From the NCBI RefSeq assembly GCF_001194135.2, contig NC_068989.1, positions 49,734,121 to 49,793,548 on the forward strand: DNA of 59,428 nt, written 5' to 3'. The DNA is from Octopus bimaculoides (lineage: Eukaryota). A program made the position numbers and the translations under genes. The notes under the pieces are model-generated. The model was not told where the DNA came from. It saw only the letters and a program-made list of their open reading frames with translations, and did no database searches. Within the stretch, counting starts at the first letter, position 1, and every line of letters starts with the position of its first letter. Of this stretch, positions 49,865 to 59,428 are shown piece by piece.

Positions 49865-50185
49865 AAATATTAGCCAATTGTAAAAGAAAACAAAAAAATA
49901 AAGATAAAATAATCTATATAGTTTTTAGCCAATCCTAAACCATTATCAGAGACAACCTAATAAATCGTGACTGCATTTTAACCAATAGGATGGTTAAGCA
50001 AAACACAATAAAATCTGGGTAGAGTTTAGCCAATCATAAAGCATTATGAGAATAACAATAAATCTAGACAGTATTTTAACCAATAGAAAGTAAAATATGA
50101 AGCAATGAAATCTTGATAAATTTTAGCTAAAAAGAAAACATTATAAAAGAAGCAATAAATTCAGACAAGTTTTGGCCAATGTGAA
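49865..50185. repeat. Degenerate ~49-bp tandem array, each unit carrying TTTT(A/G)(G/A)CCAAT
   Basis: CCAAT at 49874, 49929, 49982, 50030, 50080, 50176 and a degenerate copy at ~50126. Confidence 0.7.
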
Positions 50186-50348
50186 AGAAACATGTCAAAG
50201 GGCATCAATAACAATAAATTTCTTTGGAAATATAATGTCAGAACTTGAAAGGGTTGCGGACTTGTATGTGAAAATCTTACAAAATGAAATTATTAAAAGT
50301 GTTTATGTTATTCTAGGAAAGCAGACACTGAACAATAATAAACTAAAT

Positions 50349-50389
<41 letters not shown>

Positions 50390-50970
50390 CACTCACACAT
50401 ATATATGAGCGTGGGTATATGCATTGTGTATATTTACACACATACACACACACACATGGATTTAGATTATTACTGTTACATGCACACACACATATGTACA
50501 TATATACATACATACATACATATATATATATATATTTACAATATTGATTCTGCAACACAAAATAAAATGGACATATACATGTACATACACAAGCCAACAC
50601 ATATGCTTACATATTCTCAAAGTCACATGCATGTCATATATATAGATATGGATATGTGTATATATGCGTGTGTAAGCACGGGAGTGTGTGCGTGTGTGTA
50701 TGTGTGTGTCTATACAGATATATATTTATATATATTACATATGGATATTCATATAAACATGTACAGTGCATACACCTACTTACCTACTTAGAAACATGTA
50801 TTATGAATACATCCATATATTCTACACACTAATGCATACATGTAAAAAGTGGTGACATACGAACATTTGTGTCTGTATGAGTATATATATCTATAATACA
50901 TACATACAAAAAGTGCTGACATAAACATTTGTGTCTATATGAGTAAATATATAAATATATAAATAAATAA

Positions 50971-51012
<42 letters not shown>

Positions 51013-51634
51013 GTACCTCTATTATGTGCGTGTATATATTATATTAAATTTATGTATATGCAGACGTAAATAATACACACATATGTGTATTCATACATAG
51101 GGGAAAATGGATGTAAAAATGAACAAATGAAATAACTATATCAGATGCAAGCATATACACACATACTCACACAGATGTGCTCACTCATATGTATACATAC
51201 ATACATGCACACAGAAATATCTAGATATATTATATAAGTGTCTGAATACATATGCATGCATAGAAAAATTATGAATATATATTTTACCAACACTCTCATG
51301 CATTTATATATACACATGTATAATAAATATATGCAGACATAAAGAGACTAAATGTATACTATAGAAAATGAAAAAAACAATGCGGCAATGTTTTTTCCGC
51401 CATTCTCAATATCTGTGAAAATGAAGTAGGTTAATATGAAAAATATTAAAAGTTTTGTTCAATATATTTAATAATTTGATAAAATATGGTAAAATTTATG
51501 TCCATTTGACTGAAATACATCAATTAAGAGATTTAAATAATCTATACAATTTTCTGACATACATTTTACTATGTAAGGATGTATAGATTCTTTTATTCTG
51601 AAATTTTTGCTATTTAAGCATGTATGTTTTTCAT

Positions 51635-52205
51635 CTTTTATCTTTCATCATTTACTTGATTCAATAAAAGGACTGTGGTCATGCTGGAGCACCAGGTCGA
51701 AGGGTTTTAGTTGAACAAATCGACTTCAAGATTTATATAATATTTTAAAATCTGGTACTTAAAGATCTGTATAGGCACAGGTTGGCCGTGTGGTAAGAAG
51801 CTTGCTTTCCAACCATATGTTTCCAGGTTCAGTCTTATTGTGTGGCACCTTGGGCAGGTGTCTTTTACTATAGCCTTGGGCCAACCAAAGCCTTGTGAGT
51901 AGATTTCGTAGACAGAAACTGAAAGAAGCCTGTCGTATATAATCCTGAATATATGTGTGTGTGTGTGTGTGTTAGCGCATGTGCGTCTTTATATCTGTAT
52001 TATCCCCCTACCACCACCTGACAACCAGTGTTTGTGTTTATGTCCCCATAAATTAGCAGTTTGGCAAATGAGATCAATAGAATAAATACCAGGCTTTAAA
52101 AAAAAAATACCGGGGTTGATACATTCAACAATAAATTCTTCAAGGCAGTGCTCCAGCATGGCAGCAATCTAATGACTGAAACAAGTAGAAGATAAAAGAT
52201 AAAAG
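51635..52205. mobile_element. SINE family A 3' fragment (-, 51635-51760) and full copy (+, 51775-52205)
   Basis: Homology to 11135-11663. Confidence 0.8.
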
Positions 52206-52789
52206 GTACTTATTCTTATTGTCTCTATACTGAACTACAAAGTTACGAGAATGTAAAAAGATCAATATCTTCCCTCATATTCTACAGTAAGTCACAACTC
52301 TTCTTTAATCTTGTCAGTCTCAATGAGACCTCACTAACAAAAAGAACAAAAAATAAAAACACAAAAAACCTAGAAAATACTCCGCATCCAGTGTAATATT
52401 TAAAGCGATGAGTGCTTGGAACCACGCCAAAACAGATATTGGAGTTCGGCACAGTTATTCATCCTGTTGAATCCAACTGTACTTGAATGAATTCATGTAT
52501 CGTGAAATCTTTCATTCCCTGTACACACATAAACGCGCCATGTTTGTTCATTCGATCATTCGTGTAGATTTAGACGGGAAGTAGTTGTTTGGGGCAGTAT
52601 TCTATGGCCAGATGCTCTTCCTATCACTAACCATCGCTTGTTTTCAAGTGAAGGATGTTTTATTTCAAAGGTTTTCCGAAGCACACACCAACCAGTCACA
52701 ATCTCAACAAAGAATGTCACGATCACCACTGGTTTACGCAAATAGAAACAAAGGGGAATATCAACATTCACGCATTTGCACAGACAAAT

Positions 52790-52845
<56 letters not shown>

Positions 52846-52989
52846 ACGTACCTACATTCATCGATGTCTTACAAACTTATTTGTTTTCACTCCACTCGTT
52901 CCTTCTCCACCAGACACCCCTCGTGCGTGTATATANNNNNNNNNNNNNNNNNNNNNNNNNNNNNNNNNNNNNNNNNNNNNNNNNNNNTA

Positions 52990-53215
52990 TATATATTTGA
53001 AAGAATGAGTAGAGATGGTCTTTTTGAGGGGATAATGTTTTATTTTAATCTTAATAATAGTGTTTACAGTGAGTTACTCTGACATGAGTTTCAAGCTTTC
53101 AAGTAGCCATTTTCAAATTAAAGAATGTATGTTTTACTGGTTGCTTAAATAGCAAAAGATTTTTTCTTACAAGTATACATACAACGCAATATACAGAGAA
53201 AAGAGAAAAGAATAT
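52990..53215. repeat. ~220-bp repeat, inverted copy of 58360-58562 (probable Penelope pseudo-LTR)
   Basis: gaaagaatgagtagagatgg..gtgagttactctga..aatgtatgttttactggttgcttaaatagcaaaaga matches the reverse complement of 58360-58562. Confidence 0.75.
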
Positions 53216-54575
53216 AAAAAATATAAATGAATAAATAAATAAATGAAAATAAAAAATAATATATATATAAAGAATACAAAAAGCATGTGTGAAGAAGTAG
53301 AGGAAGAAGAAGAAGCACCACAACAACAAAACGAAAGAAGAAAGCGAAGAAGGTGAAGGAGAAGAAGAGAAAATATAAATATATCAAAAATAAAATTTAA
53401 AAAAAAAAAAATATCAAAAACAAAAAATAAGATTAATAGTAATTGAGAACAGTAGGAGATTTAAGTCTATCAAGAATAACCAAATGGAAAAATTTAGGAA
53501 TGGTCACTATTCTTGTGTTCTTGTCAAAATTTGACCTGTGTGGTGAGGTCACCTATTCAGTTATCAAAGGTGGGATGATGTATACACACACACACACATA
53601 CACACATACACACACGCATATATACACGCATACACACACATATATGCATACACATACTAATAAACTTATATGTCTCTTGACTTATACCTTTGCACGTACA
53701 CACATATACATGCATACATTCATACATGTACATATACATACACGTATACACACAAATATATACACACACATATATACACACTCATACATACATATATATA
53801 CACATATGCACATATACACATACCCACATATATACATACACATCCATATGCACACACACACACATATATATATACATACATACACAACTAGACATATACA
53901 TNNNNNNNNNNNNNNNNNNNNNNNNNNNNNNNNNNNNNNNNNNNNNNNNNNNNNNNNNNNNNNNNNNNNNNNNNNNNNNNNNNNNNNNNNNNNNNNNNNN
54001 NNNNNNNNNNNNNNNNNNNNNNNNNNNNNNNNNNNNNNNNNNNNNNNNNNNNNNNNNNNNNNNNNNNNNNNNNNNNNNNNNNNNNNNNNNNNNNNNNNNN
54101 NNNNNNNNNNNNNNNNNNNNNNNNNNNNNNNNNNNNNNNNNNNNNNNNNNNNNNNNNNNNNNNNNNNNNNNNNNNNNNNNNNNNNNNNNNNNNNNNNNNN
54201 NNNNNNNNNNNNNNNNNNNNNNNNNNNNNNNNNNNNNNNNNNNNNNNNNNNNNNNNNNNNNNNNNNNNNNNNNNNNNNNNNNNNNNNNNNNNNNNNNNNN
54301 NNNNNNNNNNNNNNNNNNNNNNNNNNNNNNNNNNNNNNNNNNNNNNNNNNNNNNNNNNNNNNNNNNNNNNNNNNNNNNNNNNNNNNNNNCATACACACTT
54401 GAACATTTACACACACGCATGCACACATACAAACACACACACACACATATATATATATATACACACATGTATACCTACATATAGATACATACACACCTGC
54501 ACTTGCACACACATATATATACATACATATATACACACACATGCATACACACCTACACACAAATATATAAATGTA

Positions 54576-56154
54576 TACATAACCTTTTCTGAAGATATTA
54601 TACAAATCATTTTTTTAAATAAAATGAATGTGCATGTACATAGGAAGCTGAAATTTTAGGATATTGGTACAAATACTCTTTCTTAACTGTGGCTAAAATT
54701 TGCCATACATCGGATCTGTTTTTCGTGAGTAATTGAGAATTTACTGGAATTGGCTGTCTGAAGTTATTATGCAAATGTTGGAATTTATATTTTTTACAGT
54801 GTTAATAATACATTTTTGTTATTTTGCTGGTCATAATATAATAATGGGTAAAAAAAAAAAAGATATTACAGCGTCTGAAAAGNNNNNNNNNNTAAAAAAA
54901 AAAAAAGATATTACAGCGTCTGAAAAGCAGAAAATAACTAAGCTTTTAAGAGATGCATTAACCTCTTTGAACATTTCGAAGCAGCTTGGCCGAGATCGTC
55001 GAACAATCAAGAAAACAATTGAAGATATAACAAAGAACAGGAAAACAAGGTCTGAAAAGGGGTTCAAGAACTTGTCTACGAGAGATAAAACGTCAGCTGA
55101 AACGTATTGTCGCTAAAAACCCACTACTCAGTAGTGATAAGGTATTTAATGTGGCTGGGATTGTTGGAGTAAAGAGAGACAAAAGGTGTAGAGTCCTTCG
55201 AGACATTGGTTCTGTGAAAAAATCTCTCCGCCAGCCTCCTATATCTCCAACTAATATTGATAAACGTCTAAAGTGTGCAAGAAAGTACTTAAAAACAGGT
55301 TTCAGGAACGTCATATTCACTGACGAATGGCGCGTCACATTAGATGGTCCAGATGGATGGGCTAAAGGATGGGTTCTGTCAGGCCAAGATGTTCCAATGA
55401 CGAGAAGACGCCAACAAGGAGGTGGTGGTGTAACGATATGGGCTGGTATTGTTAATACAACCATCATTGGACCATTTAACGTTGACGAAGGTGTAAAACT
55501 CAACAGTACTAATTATTGTGAATTCTTGGATCAAACTTTCTTTGAATGGTACAAGCGTCAGCCTCACAATTTCAAGATAAAGTGTATGTTTATGCATGAC
55601 AATGCTCCATCACATGCATCTCGCCTAACTCGTGAGTTTCTTGGGTGCAATCGATTTGCTGAAGACAAAATAATGGAGTGGCCACCGTCAAGCAAACAGT
55701 ACAACAGTAAGGTAGAACTGTGGGTTGCTATGCAAAGTATTACAGCTGCAGTTTCACCAGATCAAACTGGAAAACTAACAAATTCGATGGACAACTGTTT
55801 AGTAACGTTGATTGAAAAGAAAGATCGTTATATGATGGTGTAAATTGTTTCAACTATATATTAAAATATTGTTCTTTCAATTAGTAAAAAGTTCATAGTG
55901 GATTCATATATTTTAATTGTCCTGATACGCAGAGCAAATAACAATTCCAACATTTGCATAATAACTTCAGACAGCCAGTTTCAGTAAATTCTCAATTACT
56001 CATGAAAAACAGATCAGATGTATGTCAAATTCTAGTCACAATTAAGTAAGAGCATTTGTGCCAACATTCTAAAATTTCAGCTTCCTATGTACATGCACAT
56101 TCATTTTATTCAAAAAAACAAAACGATTTGCATAATATCTTCAAATAAGATGTA
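54576..56154 (+). mobile_element. Tc1-like DD37E (TRT-like) transposon with ~210-bp IR-DR ends
   Basis: TIRs 54576-54785 and 55943-56154, roughly 88-90% identical by eye; each has two GAAG(A/T)TATTAT(A/G)CAAAT direct repeats; inserted at TA within a (CA/TA) tract. Confidence 0.9.
54844..55843 (+). pseudogene. Nearly intact Tc1-like transposase (one frameshift near 55088, in-frame deletion of the SPDLNPIE motif)
   Basis: MGKKKDI..VIFTDEWRVTLDGPDGW..RRQQGGGGVTIWAGI..FMHDNAPSHASR..IMEWPPSS|KQYNSK; restoring PDLNPIE gives a D37E spacing. Confidence 0.85.
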
Positions 56155-56334
56155 TATACACACACACATACATGTATCTACATCTCCCACACACATCCAT
56201 ACCCATTCATCCACACATATATACATGCAATTATACGCATGCACACATATATACATATACACAAACACACATACATATCCATACACGCACATACATAAAC
56301 ACGTATACATACATAAATGTACACACACACATAC

Positions 56335-56370
<36 letters not shown>

Positions 56371-57349
56371 NNNNNNNNNNNNNNNNNNNNNNNNNNNNNN
56401 NNNNNNNNNNNNNNNNNNNNNNNNNNNNNNNNNNNNNNNNNNNNNNNNNNNNNNNNNNNNNNNNNNNNNNNNNNNNNNNNNNNNNNNNNNNNNNNNNNNN
56501 NNNNNNNNNNNNNNNNNNNNNNNNNNNNNNNNNNNNNNNNNNNNNNNNNNNNNNNNNNNNNNNNNNNNNNNNNNNNNNNNNNNNNNNNNNNNNNNNNNNN
56601 NNNNNNNNNNNNNNNNNNNNNNNNNNNNNNNNNNNNNNNNNNNNNNNNNNNNNNNNNNNNNNNNNNNNNNNNNNNNNNNNNNNNNNNNNNNNNNNNNNNN
56701 NNNNNNNNNNNNNNNNNNNNNNNNNNNNNNNNNNNNNNNNNNNNNNNNNNNNNNNNNNNNNNNNNNNNNNNNNNNNNNNNNNNNNNNNNNNNNNNNNNNN
56801 NNNNNNNNNNNNNNNNNNNNNNNNNNNNNNNNNNNNNNNNNNNNNNNNNNNNNNNNNNNNNNNNNNNNNNNNNNNNNNNNNNNNNNNNNNNNNNNNNNNN
56901 NNNNNNNNNNNNNNNNNNNNNNNNNNNNNNNNNNNNNNNNNNNNNNNNNNNNNNNNNNNNNNNNNNNNNNNNNNNNNNNNNNNNNNNNNNNNNNNNNNNN
57001 NNNNNNNNNNNNNNNNNNNNNNNNNNNNNNNNNNNNNNNNNNNNNNNNNNNNNNNNNNNNNNNNNNNNNNNNNNNNNNNNNNNNNNNNNNNNNNNNNNNN
57101 NNNNNNNNNNNNNNNNNNNNNNNNNNNNNNNNNNNNNNNNNNNNNNNNNNNNNNNNNNNNNNNNNNNNNNNNNNNNNNNNNNNNNNNNNNNNNNNNNNNN
57201 NNNNNNNNNNNNNNNNNNNNNNNNNNNNNNNNNNNNNNNNNNNNNNNNNNNNNNNNNNNNNNNNNNNNNNNNNNNNNNNNNNNNNNNNNNNNNNNNNNNN
57301 NNNNNNNNNNNNNNNNNNNNNNNNNNNNNNNNNNNNNNNNNNNNNNNNN

Positions 57350-57386
<37 letters not shown>

Positions 57387-57734
57387 CATAGTTACACACG
57401 TATAGACATATCTCAAGACACATACACATATATATACACACACACCCATTTCTCTATAATGTACATGTACGTGCATGTATGCATACATACCCATACATAC
57501 ACATATAAACATACCCATACATACATATATACATACCCACACATACACGTGCATATATACAACTCCCCATATACACACGTACACACATATATATATATAT
57601 ACAAACATACATACGTATGCACACGTGCATGCATACACAGAGGTTCATATATACACACCTATACACACATACCAGCATGGATACTCATATATGTAGTACA
57701 TAAAAGTGTGTATACTCATATGTACTCATTATTC

Positions 57735-58380
57735 AGGCACTATTTGGTTGGTGTCTTTGTGTGGATTGTTGGGATGGTAGTTCTGGCGGTTTTCGTATGA
57801 ATTTCCTGTTCAGTTTCGGTCGGTATTTTCGAATAAAGTATTCTTCCTCGATCTTACGAGAATGTTAATTTTCTGTTCATAGTTTGAACAAAGGGAATAA
57901 TATTTTAAATTTTCTTTTCCCACATTTTTCGAAGTGTCCACGGCAGGTTGCGTTTCTAATGGAGGGGTCATGAATTTGTTTTTGTATCCTTATTCTCTCA
58001 TATAGTCCAATGCCTTTTTCAACAATGTAGTATTCTTTACATTCGGGATATGTGGCACACTAGATTAGGTTTCTGGATTTGCAATTCATATTTGCATTTA
58101 TTTTAAAGGTGTTGTTGTCTTTAAAAGTAGTTCACCTTCTTCAATGTAATCATACTTTCTACAGTGAGGGTCACCATAATTGTGAACTCTTTTGTTTCTG
58201 TAGTTGTAGATCTTGCTCGGGTTAAGAGCATTTTAGGCTGGGTGCTTGACGCCTGCAGTAAATTATTTTTGAATCTGCTATTAATTTGTACATTCTAGAT
58301 GATTGTTAAAAAATTGGAAGGTATCTTTTTGCAGTATTGATGATGTCGGATTTCTTGGGTTTATATTCTTTTCTCTTTTC
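57735..58380 (-). mobile_element. Penelope-like element: RT-thumb linker and GIY-YIG endonuclease fragment
   Basis: EYKPKKSDIINTAKRYLPIF..IIYCRRQAPSLK..SRNLI*CATYPECKEYYIVEKGIGLYERIR..GHFEKCG..EEEYFIRKYRPKLN. Confidence 0.8.
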
Positions 58381-58562
58381 TGTGAATATTTTTTGTATGT
58401 ATACTTGTAAAAAAAAGTCTTTTGCTATTTAAGCAACCAGTAAAACATACATTCTTCAGTTTGAAATGGTTACTTGAAAGCTCATGTTACTCATATCAGA
58501 GTAACTCACTGTAAGCACCTCAAAAAAAGCCATCTCTACTCATTCTTTCAAATATATATAAT
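58360..58562. repeat. Pseudo-LTR-like repeat abutting the 5'-truncated end of the Penelope fragment, hammerhead-like motif on the + strand
   Basis: Inverted homolog of 52990-53215; motif at 58457-58506. Confidence 0.6.
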
Positions 58563-58794
58563 ATTATACCAAGAAGGTTCTCTTTATTATTCCACTNNNN
58601 NNNNNNNNNNNNNNNNNNNNNNNNNNNNNNNNNNNNNNNNNNNNNNNNNNNNNNNNNNNNNNNNNNNNNNNNNNNNNNNNNNNNNNNNNNNNNNNNNNNN
58701 NNNNNNNNNNNNNNNNNNNNNNNNNNNNNNNNNNNNNNNNNNNNNNNNNNNNNNNNNNNNNNNNNNNNNNNNNNNNNNNNNNNNAAATAAAGAA

Positions 58795-59040
58795 TGAGTA
58801 GTGGCTAGCGATCTGTGTGTGCGGCATTGTGCCTGTGTTTGTCCCAGCCACCGCTTAACAACTGGTGCTGGTGTGTTTACGTCCCAATTAAACTTAGTGG
58901 TTCGGCAAAAAGAGACCGACAGAATAAGTACGAGGCTTTAAAAAAATAAGTACTGGAGTCAATATATTCGACTAAAACTTCTTCGAAACGGTGCCCCCAG
59001 CATGGCCGCAGATAAAAGACTGAAACACGTAAAAGATAAA
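58795..59040 (+). mobile_element. SINE family A 3' half
   Basis: gtttacgtccc..ggttcggcaaaaagagaccga.agaataagtac..ccagcatggccgcag..gactgaaacacgtaaaaga. Confidence 0.8.
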
Positions 59041-59385
59041 AAAAAAAAATAAAAGATTTATATAAACCTCATTGGACGGAATAAAGCAGCTATCCAGTGG
59101 TATAATCTACAACAGCGAGGTCTGGAATATCAATACAAATTTCGAGTGTCATCAAGTGACCTGTTCACTCTCAGTCTTAGATTACTGCTGATGATGGCTT
59201 GAAACATTAATATTTAAATCTTGCACAGGTTTTAACCATTGGTTCAATGTTTACCACTGCTCATGCGCAATGTATTAGATCTGTTAGGTTCTTCATCAAT
59301 TACAGTTTTTGTGTTCGTTACATTTAGTACGCTTGCACTTAGTTTACACTCCCTTTCTCCTCGCTCCAACCTCCCTTCTTTACAC

Positions 59386-59428
<43 letters not shown>

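Noticed and set aside
52395-52450. Possible hammerhead (cgatgagtg..cacgccaaaac)
   Set aside because: Both core boxes are mutated and no helix I or III can be drawn.
53443-57800. Longest ORFs in the track (228-542 aa)
   Set aside because: They consist of N-gap X runs plus HT/YI/CV dinucleotide-repeat translations and carry no coding signal.
59050-59200. ~50-codon open frame (INLIGRNKAAIQWYNLQQRGLEYQYKFR...) in CpG-containing sequence
   Set aside because: It has no start or clear splice signals and no recognisable motif.

Overview
AT-rich animal genomic DNA with many N gaps, most likely intronic or intergenic. The SINE families, microsatellite load and TE content look like Octopus (inference from recalled repeat families, not a database hit). 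No complete host gene, tRNA, rRNA or CRISPR array can be supported, and almost every ORF in the supplied track is a microsatellite or gap artefact. Supported content: four tRNA-derived SINE families (here called A-D, dozens of copies); R4/Dong-type non-LTR fragments; RTE and Penelope-like (GIY-YIG) fragments; a 3'-truncated Ty3/Gypsy (Mag-like) element carrying a nested Merlin-like MITE; Tc1/mariner relics of four catalytic classes (DD34D, DD37D/maT, DD41D, and a nearly intact DD37E/TRT-like element with 210-bp IR-DR ends); and several MITEs and satellites. Best leads: a pre-miRNA-like hairpin at 16960-17035, a series of + strand micro-exon candidates that may belong to an unrecognised host gene starting at ATG|GT at 121-125, degenerate hammerhead-ribozyme motifs in Penelope-associated repeats, a micro-inversion across the mariner catalytic core, long inverted repeats that could be ADAR substrates, and two motif clusters (E-box and CCAAT). 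All of these are hypotheses needing RNA or comparative data.
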